Of a stretch of DNA of 64,000 bases, positions 1 through 9,985 are shown in pieces. Made by a program: the position numbers and the translations under genes. Where the stretch lies: contig JACQXY010000061.1 of NCBI GenBank assembly GCA_016208485.1, forward strand, positions 14,330 to 78,329, in the 5' to 3' direction. The DNA comes from Acidobacteriota bacterium (lineage in GTDB: Bacteria > Actinomycetota > AC-67). Numbering within the stretch: position 1 is the stretch's first letter; each line of letters opens with the position of its first letter. The notes beneath the pieces were generated by a model. It had not been told where the DNA came from and made no database searches. It saw only the letters and a program-made list of their open reading frames with translations.

Positions 1-936
1 CTCGCCGTGGAGGTCGTCCTCCCCAATGGTGAGACCGCCCTGCTCGGAGGTCTCGATCCCGAGCCGCCGGGCTACGACCTGCGCGGGCTCTTCGTCGGCA
101 GCGAGGGTTGCATGGGCATCGCGACGAGAATCGCGGTGAGACTCACCCCGAGCGCACCGGCCATCAAGACGTTGCTCGCCGATTTCACGTCACTGGACGA
201 CGCCGCGCGGACCGTCGGCGACGTGATCGCGGCGGGCGTCATCCCGGCCGCCATGGAGATGATGGACGCTCGGTTCGTGGAGGTGATCGAGCGATCCCTC
301 CACGTTGGCTTCCCGCCGGACGCAGCCGCGATGCTCCTCGTCGAGACCGACGGCCTGGCGGCGGGGACGGAAGCGGCGGCCTCCGCCATCCGCTCGATCG
401 CGGAGGCGAATGGCGCGCGCAGCGTGCGGGTAGCCGCCGACGCCGAGGAACGCGCGCTGCTGTGGAAGGGACGCAAGTCGGCCTTCGGAGCCATCGCTCT
501 GATCGCTCCCAACTACTATCTCCACGACACGGTCGTACCACGGACCCGCCTTGCGGAAGTCCTGCGCAGGATCAACGACATTGCCGACGCCCATCAGCTT
601 GCCCTGCTGAACGTCTTCCACGCGGGCGATGGAAACCTCCATCCCCTCTTACTCTTCGACAAGCGCGTCGCCGGAACGATGGAGCGCGTGCTCGACGCCG
701 GCAAACAGATCATCCGGGTCTGCGTCGATGCGGGCGGAGTGCTCTCCGGGGAGCACGGCATAGGACTCGAGAAGACGGAGTTCATGCCGTGGATCTTCTC
801 CGGATCCGACCTCGATGCGCAGGCGCGCGCGCGCTGCGCTTTCGACCCGGAGCACCGCTTCAACCCGCACAAGGTGCTGCCCGCCGGCTCGCAGTGCGGC
901 GACCTGCGGTCGATCCCAAGGGGTGCGTGGACATGA
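1..936 (+). CDS. glcD: FAD-linked glycolate oxidase subunit GlcD, C-terminal portion (5' end cut by window edge)
   Basis: Frame-1 ORF open from base 1 to the stop at 934-936; the translation (…HAGDGNLHPLLLFD…GEHGIGLEKTEFMPW…) matches the C-terminal FAD-oxidase_C domain of GlcD/D-lactate dehydrogenase family. Confidence 0.7.
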   Translation, partial: LAVEVVLPNGETALLGGLDPEPPGYDLRGLFVGSEGCMGIATRIAVRLTPSAPAIKTLLADFTSLDDAARTVGDVIAAGVIPAAMEMMDARFVEVIERSLHVGFPPDAAAMLLVETDGLAAGTEAAASAIRSIAEANGARSVRVAADAEERALLWKGRKSAFGAIALIAPNYYLHDTVVPRTRLAEVLRRINDIADAHQLALLNVFHAGDGNLHPLLLFDKRVAGTMERVLDAGKQIIRVCVDAGGVLSGEHGIGLEKTEFMPWIFSGSDLDAQARARCAFDPEHRFNPHKVLPAGSQCGDLRSIPRGAWT

Positions 937-1853
937 GGACCCTCGACACACCCGACGCGGCGCTCGAAGCGTTCGCGCGCGAGATCGGTCCGCGCGACCC
1001 GGTCACCCCTCGGGGGGGACGCACTCAGTGGGATGTCGGCGGAGCGCCCGATCCACGCGCCCGAGAGGTTTCTGCGCCGTCCGGCATCGTCTCCTACGAG
1101 CCCGCAGACATGACGGTCCGCGTCCGGGCCGGGACGACCGTCGCCGAGCTGGATGCGGTCCTGGCCGAACAGCGTCAGATGGTGCCGTTCGACGCCTTCG
1201 AGCCTGCTCGAGCGACGGTCGGGGGCGTGCTCGCCGTCGGGAGATCCGGCGTCCGCCGCCTGCGGTACGGCCCCATCCGTGACAGTGTTCTCGAGCTTCG
1301 GTTCGTCTCTGCCGATGGCCTCACGGTCAAGGCCGGCGGCCCGACGGTGAAGAACGTCAGCGGATTTGATCTGTGCAAGCTGCTCGTCGGCTCGCTGGGC
1401 ACCCTCGGCATCATCGCCCAGACCGTGCTCCGGGTTCAGCCGCGGCCGCCCGCAGGAAAGTGGCTCGTCGGCGAGGCCGACCCATTCGAAACGCGCCGCC
1501 GCCTCTTGCGGCCCTCATCGATCCTCTGGGATGGCACAACCGTGTGGGTGCTCCTCGAGGGTCATCCGGCCGACGTCCAAGCGGAGGCTGCTTCCCTCGG
1601 ACCGGAATTCCGCGACGGGGAGGGTCCGCCTGCGTTGCCGACGGCGGGCCGGAGGTCGATCCGTCCGTCGCAGCTCCGGGATCTCACTGGTTCGTTCGTC
1701 GCCGAGATCGGCGTCGGGGTCGTGCACACCACCGACCTGGTCCCTCCTCGGGGAATCGATTCCGTCACGATGGCGCTGCAGCGTGGAATCAAGACCCGAT
1801 TCGACCCGACCGGCCGATTGAATCCGGGGCGCTCTCCGGAGGGGCTTTCATGA
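933..1853 (+). CDS. glcE: glycolate oxidase FAD-binding subunit GlcE
   Basis: ATG at 933 overlaps the glcD stop (ATGA); the 306-aa product has FAD_binding_4-like GlcE features (…VKNVSGFDLCKLLVGSLGTLG…); classic glcD-glcE coupling. Confidence 0.65.
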   Translation: MRTLDTPDAALEAFAREIGPRDPVTPRGGRTQWDVGGAPDPRAREVSAPSGIVSYEPADMTVRVRAGTTVAELDAVLAEQRQMVPFDAFEPARATVGGVLAVGRSGVRRLRYGPIRDSVLELRFVSADGLTVKAGGPTVKNVSGFDLCKLLVGSLGTLGIIAQTVLRVQPRPPAGKWLVGEADPFETRRRLLRPSSILWDGTTVWVLLEGHPADVQAEAASLGPEFRDGEGPPALPTAGRRSIRPSQLRDLTGSFVAEIGVGVVHTTDLVPPRGIDSVTMALQRGIKTRFDPTGRLNPGRSPEGLS

Positions 1854-2019
1854 GCCACCGAAGCCGGTGCCCCGGGACCCTGCGTCGCTGCGGGCCGGCG
1901 AGACCTGCTGTCTCGTCCGATCACGGAACCCCCCCTCCCGGTTCAATCCTGCCCGACCGGGCCGGGGTTCGCGTTCGCCACTCATGTCGCCGGCCACGAG
2001 CGAACTGACGATCCCGCGC

Positions 2020-4239
2020 TCATCTCATCCGCCCCGTGCGCTCTGCCCCCTCGAGGAACACCGAGCGCAGCAGGTCTTCCCGCGCGAGCAGATCCCGAGA
2101 CGAACCGTCGAATCGGATCTGCCCCTTCTCCATGAAGTACGCGTGATCCACCAGGGACAACGCCACATTGACGGACTGCTCGACGAGTACCACGGCCGTC
2201 CCCGCCGCGTTGATCCGTCGCACGGCTTCGAGCAGCTCCGCGACGATGATCGGCGCGAGACCCAGCGACAGCTCGTCGATCAGCAACAGCCGCGGCCGCA
2301 GCACCAGCGCTTTGGCCAGCCCAAGCATCTGCTGCTCGCCGCCCGACAGTGTCGCGGCGGGCAGCGAGCGACGCTCGGCCAGCTGTGGAAACGCCTCGAA
2401 TGCGGTCTCGATGCCACGTTCGCGCGCGCGGCGGTCGCGACCCAGTGAGAACTGGTACAGACGAAGATTCTCGACGACGCTCAGAGTCGGAAACACGGCG
2501 CGGCCGCCCGGGACCTGCGCGACACCGAGCGCGAGCCTGCGCTCGGCCGCGACGTACGTCACGTCCGCTCCCCCGAACCGAACTGTTCCCGCCGACGGCA
2601 AGCCAAGACCCGAGATCACCCGCAGAAGCGTGGACTTGCCGGCCCCGTTCGTCCCCAACAACGCCACCATCTCGCCATCGTCCACGGTGAAGTCGACCCC
2701 GAACAGCACTTGCAGCTGGCCGTACGAGAAGTCGACCCTACGGCACGCAAGCATCGACGGCATCCTCCCGCGCGCGCGCAAGTGGTCAAGCTCAACGCGC
2801 TCGACCATCTCGTCCACCATGCGATCGAGGTCGGATCCGATCGTCCGCGCTGCGCCAAACAACACGAGCGCGGCGATGATGCCCGGCCCCGCCAGCGACG
2901 CGATCGCGCCGCCGGTCCCGAACCGACGGTCGATCCCCCCGAGCAACAAGAGCCCGCCGAATCCGCCGACGGCGGACATGGACATCCCGGCGAGCGCCGA
3001 CGCGTGCGGTCGCATGCGCGGCGGCACGATCGAAAGCATCGCAACGTTGAGGCACGGCAGCACAAGGCCGAGCATCGCAAGGGCGCTCCCGAACAGGGCC
3101 GCCATCAACCAGAATGCGGGCACGAAGATCGCCAGCGCAAGCAGCGCCGTTCCGCCACCGATGAACAGCGCCGTGAGGCGCACCAGCCGACCCGGATCCT
3201 GGCGGAACATCGCTTCGCCACGTGGTGCGAACCATGCCAGCGCACCGATCGAGAACAGTGGCATCACCGCGAAGAACAAGCCGCGCGCGCTCGGCCCCAT
3301 GTCCCACCGATCCTCCAGAAAGAAGAACAGGAAGGTGAACAACGGCACCATGGCCATCCCCAGCACCGCGAACGCCGCCAGGATCCTCCGAATCGTGGGG
3401 ATCAACAGCAGGCGCGAGACGATCTCAAAGAAGCCGAGATGCACATCCTCATCAACGGTCCCCGGTCTGTCACCCACGGCGCCGGCGACGACGTCGCGCA
3501 CTGCATTCGCGTCGAACCGCCCATATCCGGGGTCCTGCAATCGCACGGCAACGACGGCGACCAGAACCGACAGGCATCCCATGACGATGAATACCCCGCG
3601 CCATGTGAAGGAAAAGGCGCCCACGAGCAGCGCGACGAGCAATGGGGCGGTGATGTTGCCGGTCTGTGCGAAGGACCTGTAGGCGACAAGCACGCGCACC
3701 CGCGCTGCGGGGGGGTACGAGTCGACAACCAACGGGGCATGCACGGCGTTGACCGAACCGGATGAGGCGCCGTCGGCGAGCATGACCAGCAGCAACCCCC
3801 ATGCACCTGCGACGAAGCCCGTGAACATCGTTGCGACGCTCCACGCGAACGCCGTGGTGACGGCGACGGTGTTACGGCCCGCGCGGCGTTGCACCAGAGC
3901 GGCCATGGGCAGGGCCGCGAGCGTCATCGCGACGGTCTTCAGCGCGACGAGCGCCGCCAGCATCCCAGCCGAGATGCCGAGCGTGCGACTGATCTCGGGT
4001 CCGAGTACGAAGAACCCGTAGCCCTGGAACTCGTCGACGATCACCAAGAGTCCGAGCGCTGCCAGCGGATACCAGCCGACGCCGGCGTGGCGAACCGTTT
4101 CTCGCAGCGGCGGCACGCCCTGCACGCCGGTGATGCCGAGCGCCGCACGCGCAGAGCCGCGGATGTGCTCACGCAGTTTCTCGAACTCGGCGATCGCCGG
4201 CGTGTGGTCCGGCGCGCCGCTCCGCCTGCGTTCAGTCAT
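2020..4239 (-). CDS. fusion protein: N-terminal 12-TM MFS-like membrane domain + C-terminal LivF-type ABC ATPase (branched-chain amino acid transporter family)
   Basis: 739-aa ORF; N-terminal ~480 aa hydrophobic multi-TM; C-terminus has Walker A GTNGAGKST, ABC signature LSGGEQQML, Walker B LLLIDE, typical of LivF. Confidence 0.7.
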   Translation of the reverse strand: MTERRRSGAPDHTPAIAEFEKLREHIRGSARAALGITGVQGVPPLRETVRHAGVGWYPLAALGLLVIVDEFQGYGFFVLGPEISRTLGISAGMLAALVALKTVAMTLAALPMAALVQRRAGRNTVAVTTAFAWSVATMFTGFVAGAWGLLLVMLADGASSGSVNAVHAPLVVDSYPPAARVRVLVAYRSFAQTGNITAPLLVALLVGAFSFTWRGVFIVMGCLSVLVAVVAVRLQDPGYGRFDANAVRDVVAGAVGDRPGTVDEDVHLGFFEIVSRLLLIPTIRRILAAFAVLGMAMVPLFTFLFFFLEDRWDMGPSARGLFFAVMPLFSIGALAWFAPRGEAMFRQDPGRLVRLTALFIGGGTALLALAIFVPAFWLMAALFGSALAMLGLVLPCLNVAMLSIVPPRMRPHASALAGMSMSAVGGFGGLLLLGGIDRRFGTGGAIASLAGPGIIAALVLFGAARTIGSDLDRMVDEMVERVELDHLRARGRMPSMLACRRVDFSYGQLQVLFGVDFTVDDGEMVALLGTNGAGKSTLLRVISGLGLPSAGTVRFGGADVTYVAAERRLALGVAQVPGGRAVFPTLSVVENLRLYQFSLGRDRRARERGIETAFEAFPQLAERRSLPAATLSGGEQQMLGLAKALVLRPRLLLIDELSLGLAPIIVAELLEAVRRINAAGTAVVLVEQSVNVALSLVDHAYFMEKGQIRFDGSSRDLLAREDLLRSVFLEGAERTGRMR

Positions 4240-4702
4240 TGTGTGCCACCTTGAACGTCACCGAGAACGCCGACTCTCCGATCCGGCTGCCCGAGGCGTT
4301 GAGCAGGATCAGCGTCGCCACGTGCATGTCCGGCGCCGACGGCCGGTCGGTCGGCGGGAGCGTCTCGATCAGCAGCGAGGTTTGAACCGTCCTACGAACG
4401 CCGAACCCAAGAAGAGCGTCGTCGGACGGGCAGCTCGGGTCGCGCGCACAAACAGCGTCGTCGAACAGCGCGACGAGCGTCGTGCCAGGGGCGATCGGCG
4501 TCCGGTCGAGAAACAGCGCGAACGTCGTTCCCTCATCCAGATCCCGCGTCCTCCAGGAGATGTCGAACGGCAATGTGACGGTCCCGTGATCCTCGGGCGC
4601 CACGATCGTGACTCGGTCATCCTGCACGAGCGCGATGCCGCTGACCCGGCACGCCGTCAGCATCAGCAACACCGCAACGGAGAGCCTCAGTCCGCCGGTC
4701 AT
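4232..4702 (-). CDS. small secreted lipoprotein, unknown function
   Basis: Internal ATG start MTGGLRLSVAVLLMLTAC (signal peptide + lipobox LTAC); ATGA overlap with the upstream permease/ATPase gene stop and an 8-nt overlap with the downstream gene; embedded in the ABC operon. Confidence 0.5.
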   Translation of the reverse strand: MTGGLRLSVAVLLMLTACRVSGIALVQDDRVTIVAPEDHGTVTLPFDISWRTRDLDEGTTFALFLDRTPIAPGTTLVALFDDAVCARDPSCPSDDALLGFGVRRTVQTSLLIETLPPTDRPSAPDMHVATLILLNASGSRIGESAFSVTFKVAHND

Positions 4703-7491
4703 CCGCGTCTCGCCTTCGCCACGATGCGTGCGTCCGACCGTTCGATCGCGGCGAGATCGCCGCCGAGATACGACCGGATGACATCGGGATTCGCGCGGAT
4801 CTCGGCCGGCGTGCCCTGAGCGATCAACCGGCCCGACTCCATCGCGAGAATCCGGCCGGCGAGCCCCATGATCAACGGGATGTCGTGCTCGATCAGCAGC
4901 ATCGTCGTGTCGAGGTCTCGACGAACGCGAGCCAGAAGCTCGCCCAGCGCCTCGGTCTCGCGCTGCGCGATCCCGGCTGACGGTTCGTCGAGCAGCAGCA
5001 TCGCCGGCTCGAGCGCGACCATGCACGCTATCTCGACGATCCGGCGTGTCCCGGTGGATAGCTCGCTGATCGTCGCGCGTCGGTAGCCTCCGAGCCCCAT
5101 CGCGTCGATCAACGCCGCGGCGCGCGTGAGTGCGAGCCGGTCGCCCCCGCGGAGTCCTGACACGGCCCTGATGAAGCCACCACCGCCGCCGATCCGATGC
5201 GAGGCAAGCGCGATCGCCTCGACGACGGTCATCGTCGGGAACAGCGCTGCGTCCTGGAATGAGCGGATCATCCCGCGGCGGCTTCGCGCTTCGGGTCCGA
5301 ACGTGGTCACGTCGTGACCGGCGAACACAACACTCCCGGCGTCGGCTCGCGCGAAGCCGGAGATCAGATCGAACGCGGTCGTCTTCCCCGCGCCGTTCGG
5401 GCCGATCAGCCCGACAATCTCGCCCGCCTGCACTGCCAGCGACAACCCGTCGACCGCCAGCACCCCCCCGTAGGTCTTGCGAAGACCCGAGGCCGCGAGC
5501 AGTACTCCGCCGGTCGGCGTAGTGCGTGCTCTCGCTCCGGTGCGTGTCACTACGGATGTCGTTGCGCCTGCGGCGGGCCGTTCCTCAGCCCGGACGCCGG
5601 CTCGCGCCGCGACCCATCGAAGGACCGCCGCTCGGACCGGCCGGACGAGCTGTGCGAGCCCACCGGGCGCGTAAAGGACCAACAGGAGCCAGCCAAACGA
5701 GGTCGCCGCAAGCCCGGCTGTGTCGAGCGGCACGAACTGCGGGATCCCGATGATGTATAACGCGCCCATCAGCGGTCCGGCGATCCATCCGATCCCACCG
5801 AGTGCCGCCATCGCGACCACACTGATCGAGGCCCCGGTCGGGAACGCACCCGGCCGCAAAGTCGACAGTGCGTGTCCGAAGACCGCACCCCCCAGCCCCG
5901 CAAGGAACCCAGCGAGCGCGAACGCCTGGAGTTTCACCCGCGTCGCGAGCACTCCGAACGCGCGCGCGGTGTCCTCGTTGTCGCGGACGGCGATCAACTC
6001 CCGCCCAAGAGAGCTGCGCCATATGTTTCGCGCGAGCAATGAGCCGGCGACGAAGACCCCGAGGGCGAACAGGTAGTAGCTTCGGCCCGAGTCGAACGCG
6101 AACCCCCCGATGATCGGCCGGCCCGGCTGAACGCCATCGCCGAGCATCCAGGACTGGCGCAGCAGCCATGTGGAGGAAACAAGCGCGAATCCGAGCGTGG
6201 TCACGGCGAGCATCAACCCTGGGATGCGCAGTGCCGGCAAGCCGATCAGCACCGAACCAACCGCGGCAGCCAGACCGGCCGCGAGGAACGCGAACATGAA
6301 GTTCCCCGTCCTGGCGACGACCCAGAACGATGCCACTGCGCCGATTGCCGCGAGCCCGAATTGCCCGAACGACACCTGGCCGCCGAGGCCGGTGATAACG
6401 CCGACCGACAGTCCCACCAAACCGAACGAGACGATGGTCGCCAAGATGATCGCCGACGAGTTGGTGACGAGGCCGGCGAGCGCCACGGCGATGAGGAGTC
6501 CGGACGCGGCCATGACCAGGCCGCGGTGCCGGATGACCCACACTCGCTCCCATGCCTCAGGGAGGGGAGGCCAGGGGCGCAGCGCGAGCCAGGTACCGCG
6601 CTCCGTCTCGCGCGCACCGCGCCGGCGCTGCGATAGGAGCCCGATCAGGATGACCACGAACAGCACCAAGTTCGGCACACCACCGCGCGGGTAGTTCCAG
6701 ATCACCTCCTGCTCGATCACGCCGACTCCCAGCCCTGCGAGGAGCGCGACCGGCAGACTGGACATCCGCGCGATCACCGCGGGCACGAGCGCGCGCAGCA
6801 GCAGTGTCGGACCGAAGGTGTCACCCGCGGCGAACCCTTGGGTCGGCAGGATCAGCACAGCCGTGAAACACGAGAGCGCGCCGGCGATCGCCCACGCAAC
6901 CCAAGACATCCGGTCGGTCGGCACGCCGGCCAACCGCGCGGCGTCGGGGTTGTCGGCGGCGCCGCGGATCGCCAAGCCGAGCCGGCTACGGCGCAGGAAC
7001 AGCCACAGCCCGAGCACGAGCACTGGGGAAAGAAACAGCATCCCCGAGTAGGCGGGCGTCACCAGCAGCGCCCCGACCTCGAACCGCGGGAGACCCGGGG
7101 GTTGCGGGAACACGGTGCCGGCCCTCGCCTGAGCGTTGATGACGAACGCGAACACCCCAAGGAACTGGGCGATTCCAAGCGTCGCAACGATGCTCATGAG
7201 CCGCGGCGCCTTCCGCAACCGCCTGATGGCCGCGGTTTCCGCCAGCGCACCCATCCCCGCCGATGCGATCACCGCGCCCGGAAACGCGAACCAGTAGGGC
7301 ACCCCCCACCCCACGACCGCAAGGCTCAGCAGAGCCGCCCCGAACGCGCCGACCTGTCCGTGCGCGAAGTTCACGATCCTGCTCGATCGATAGATGAACA
7401 CCAAGCCGACCCCGAGAATGCCGTAGGTCATCCCGGTGATCAGGCCGAGGATGATCAGCGGCCCGTTGATCTCGAAGCCGAGAATCGTCAC
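4699..7491 (-). CDS. triple-fusion ABC importer: LivH-like permease + LivM-like permease + LivG-like ATPase (branched-chain amino acid/HAAT family)
   Basis: 930-aa ORF (GTG start); two BPD_transp_2-like permease segments followed by Walker A GPNGAGKTT, signature LSTGTRRIVE, Walker B LLLDEP, C-terminal LivG-type extension. Confidence 0.75.
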   Translation of the reverse strand: MTILGFEINGPLIILGLITGMTYGILGVGLVFIYRSSRIVNFAHGQVGAFGAALLSLAVVGWGVPYWFAFPGAVIASAGMGALAETAAIRRLRKAPRLMSIVATLGIAQFLGVFAFVINAQARAGTVFPQPPGLPRFEVGALLVTPAYSGMLFLSPVLVLGLWLFLRRSRLGLAIRGAADNPDAARLAGVPTDRMSWVAWAIAGALSCFTAVLILPTQGFAAGDTFGPTLLLRALVPAVIARMSSLPVALLAGLGVGVIEQEVIWNYPRGGVPNLVLFVVILIGLLSQRRRGARETERGTWLALRPWPPLPEAWERVWVIRHRGLVMAASGLLIAVALAGLVTNSSAIILATIVSFGLVGLSVGVITGLGGQVSFGQFGLAAIGAVASFWVVARTGNFMFAFLAAGLAAAVGSVLIGLPALRIPGLMLAVTTLGFALVSSTWLLRQSWMLGDGVQPGRPIIGGFAFDSGRSYYLFALGVFVAGSLLARNIWRSSLGRELIAVRDNEDTARAFGVLATRVKLQAFALAGFLAGLGGAVFGHALSTLRPGAFPTGASISVVAMAALGGIGWIAGPLMGALYIIGIPQFVPLDTAGLAATSFGWLLLVLYAPGGLAQLVRPVRAAVLRWVAARAGVRAEERPAAGATTSVVTRTGARARTTPTGGVLLAASGLRKTYGGVLAVDGLSLAVQAGEIVGLIGPNGAGKTTAFDLISGFARADAGSVVFAGHDVTTFGPEARSRRGMIRSFQDAALFPTMTVVEAIALASHRIGGGGGFIRAVSGLRGGDRLALTRAAALIDAMGLGGYRRATISELSTGTRRIVEIACMVALEPAMLLLDEPSAGIAQRETEALGELLARVRRDLDTTMLLIEHDIPLIMGLAGRILAMESGRLIAQGTPAEIRANPDVIRSYLGGDLAAIERSDARIVAKARRG

Positions 7492-7546
7492 GCGGGGCAG
7501 CCGACCGATGCTCCGGCGAAGTCGCCACAGCCTCCCCGGTCGGGGA

Positions 7547-9064
7547 TCATGCGACCGCTCGATGCGCGCCGCTGAGGACCCAGCACTCGCACGACATCCT
7601 GTAGATCACGCCGTTCGTCGCGGCGACCCCGTCGTGAGCGCGGGCGTCGGAAAACAGCGTGCGGTACGTCCGTGGCGAAACGAAGCGTTGTCCCAGACTC
7701 TCGACCCCAAGCCGGAAGCCATCCACGTTCGACGCCGGGGCAGCGTCCAAACCGGCCTTGAGAAGGAACCACATGTCGCACAGGGTGATCGCTTGCCCGG
7801 TCGAGCCGACGTCAGGGAGTTCAACCCCCGCCCTATGGAGGATGTCCAAGCACAGACGCTCGGACTCGTTCACCGGCTTCGCGTCCGTGACGTCCTCCTG
7901 ATGGCGCCACCCCACCGCAATCGCTTTCGCCAGCTGACGGTGCGGCACATTGACATTCTGGAACTCGAGGTGACTGTCGCTCTCGAGGCCATAGTAGGGC
8001 GTGTACTCCTGGCCATCGGCCTGTTTCATGAAGAACGTGGCCATAGTTGCGTTCACGTCGTAGAGCAGGACGTGCGTCACGTTCCGTGTCTTGAACCGCA
8101 GGACCGCATTTTGGATCTCCGCAATCGTCGCGCCCGCATCGGGTGTGGAGTCGGGCCACTGGATCTCGACCCTGTCCTCGGCTGCGATCGTAACGCCGTG
8201 CTTCTTCAGTGCGGGCTCCAGGCTACGCGGGATCGACTGCGGCATGCCCGGCACGTCGTAGTACACGAGTCCGTAGTGGTTCGACTTGGACAGGAACCCG
8301 AGCGCTGCCAGCCCGTCGGCCCATGCCTTCGCCTTGCGATCGTAGTTCAATTGACCGGGCCCGTAGTAGTAGCGGCCGAGCCGCCGGACGAACACCTCAT
8401 CCCCGGCGGCGTCGGCGTCGTTGATCGTGATCGTCTTCCCCTCGGCGAGGCACTGTGCCGAATCGACGGTGCCCGCAACGACGGCGAATACCTCTCGATC
8501 GCGCGTGAAGTCCTCACACGCGGCCTGGGCGATGGCCGCATAGGTGTCGGTGCTGGTCGCGTCTAACTCGTGGTACAGCGGCACTGCTGTGCGCCCCCCC
8601 ATCCCGCCGTGCGAATTGATGTACTTCACGATGGCATCCTGGGCCGCGCGCGCATCCACTCCCTGGAGCCCTTTGACGCCGAACGCCGCGACGAATTCGG
8701 CTCCGTTCTTGACCTCGAACGCGCCGATGGAGATCTCGTTGCCCTTCACGCCGCGTCCCGGCGCAAGATCGAAGGAGACCTCGGTGGGCAGCCTCGCGCG
8801 GGCGCCCCCGCCGCCATCCGAGACAAACGGGACGCTGCCGGAACCGGTGGGCGTGCCGCTCGCAGATGGCCCGACCGCGCTCGGCGGCACGCTCGACCCA
8901 ACCGATTCAGCGTCCGACGGGTCCGGGACAGGCTCGAGTTCCCGCGCGCGCTGGGTCGTGGACGAGCAGGTGGCGGCGACCAAGACGAGCACGGCCAAGA
9001 GCCCCGGCAACCGCCGAGCGGTGCGCGCGCGGGGCGTAGACTCGGCTCCGGACCTCATCCCCAT
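7547..9064 (-). CDS. ABC transporter substrate-binding lipoprotein (LivJ/type-I periplasmic-binding-protein family)
   Basis: Start MGMRSGAESTPRARTARRLPGLLAVLVLVAATCSS (signal + lipobox ATC) preceded by strong SD GGAGGAG; product resembles Peripla_BP_6; the upstream 5' extension in the ORF track is Arg-rich and judged non-coding. Confidence 0.7.
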   Translation of the reverse strand: MGMRSGAESTPRARTARRLPGLLAVLVLVAATCSSTTQRARELEPVPDPSDAESVGSSVPPSAVGPSASGTPTGSGSVPFVSDGGGGARARLPTEVSFDLAPGRGVKGNEISIGAFEVKNGAEFVAAFGVKGLQGVDARAAQDAIVKYINSHGGMGGRTAVPLYHELDATSTDTYAAIAQAACEDFTRDREVFAVVAGTVDSAQCLAEGKTITINDADAAGDEVFVRRLGRYYYGPGQLNYDRKAKAWADGLAALGFLSKSNHYGLVYYDVPGMPQSIPRSLEPALKKHGVTIAAEDRVEIQWPDSTPDAGATIAEIQNAVLRFKTRNVTHVLLYDVNATMATFFMKQADGQEYTPYYGLESDSHLEFQNVNVPHRQLAKAIAVGWRHQEDVTDAKPVNESERLCLDILHRAGVELPDVGSTGQAITLCDMWFLLKAGLDAAPASNVDGFRLGVESLGQRFVSPRTYRTLFSDARAHDGVAATNGVIYRMSCECWVLSGAHRAVA

Positions 9065-9099
9065 CTCCTCCTCACCTTGACAGTTCGACGGTCGAGGCG

Positions 9100-9978
9100 T
9101 CACTCCTCCACTTCGGTCGCCAGCGGCCCGAAGATATCGCGCCACCGGTCGAACAGCAGGAGGTGCCCGGCACCCTCGACCACGTTCAATTGAGCTGCAG
9201 GTACCCTGTTCGCGACCCACTCCGCCGCGTGCAGCGGCACGAGCGTATCGTCCGCTCCCTGCCAGATCGCGACCGGGACCGCGATCTCCTCGAGTTCGAA
9301 GCCCCAGGGCTTCACCTCGATCGACAGCTCGTACGCGGATCCCTTGGAACCGCGCCCACCGGTCGCCCGTGCCCGCTCGAGGAACCACGCGCGCACCTCC
9401 GGCCGCGTCGCAACGATGCGATCGGCTTCCGGCATCGACCGCAAAGACCTGTCGAAGAACCGTTCGGGGTTCCTTTGCACGGCTCCGATCATCGGCTTCG
9501 CAAGCATCACGAGCACCGGCCAGGCTCGCCTTGCCACCGCGACCGAGATTCGGGCCTCTCGACGCATCCCCGCCGATCCGAGTGGTGCTCCGGGAGGTGC
9601 GATCCCGCTGATGAACACCGCCCGCGTCACGCGCTCGGGCAGCGCCCGCGCGCAAGCCAACACGTAGGGCCCTCCGGCCGAGACGCCGGCCACGGCGAAA
9701 CGCTCGATGCCGAGCCCGTCCGCCACTTCCGCCACATCGCCAGGCCAATCCGTGATGCGCCTCCGCTGCCGGAAGGCCGAGGCGCCGAAGCCGGGGCGGT
9801 CCGGGCAGACGAACCGCAACCCCAACTGGTGTCCCCACTCGTCGAAAAACGGGAACATCCGATCGCCCGGGTTGCCGTGGAAGAAGAGGACCGGCGCCCC
9901 TGCATGGTTACCCCACTCCGCATAAGAGATCGAGCGGCCATCCTTCAGGCCGACATCTCCGTACCGTGCTCCGTTCAT
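9100..9978 (-). CDS. alpha/beta-fold hydrolase
   Basis: MNGARYGDVGL…VLFFHGNPGDRMF…GVSAGG (GxSxG nucleophile elbow); start chosen at internal ATG 7 nt downstream of the leuD-like stop. Confidence 0.65.
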   Translation of the reverse strand: MNGARYGDVGLKDGRSISYAEWGNHAGAPVLFFHGNPGDRMFPFFDEWGHQLGLRFVCPDRPGFGASAFRQRRRITDWPGDVAEVADGLGIERFAVAGVSAGGPYVLACARALPERVTRAVFISGIAPPGAPLGSAGMRREARISVAVARRAWPVLVMLAKPMIGAVQRNPERFFDRSLRSMPEADRIVATRPEVRAWFLERARATGGRGSKGSAYELSIEVKPWGFELEEIAVPVAIWQGADDTLVPLHAAEWVANRVPAAQLNVVEGAGHLLLFDRWRDIFGPLATEVEE

Positions 9979-9985
9979 GCGCCCG

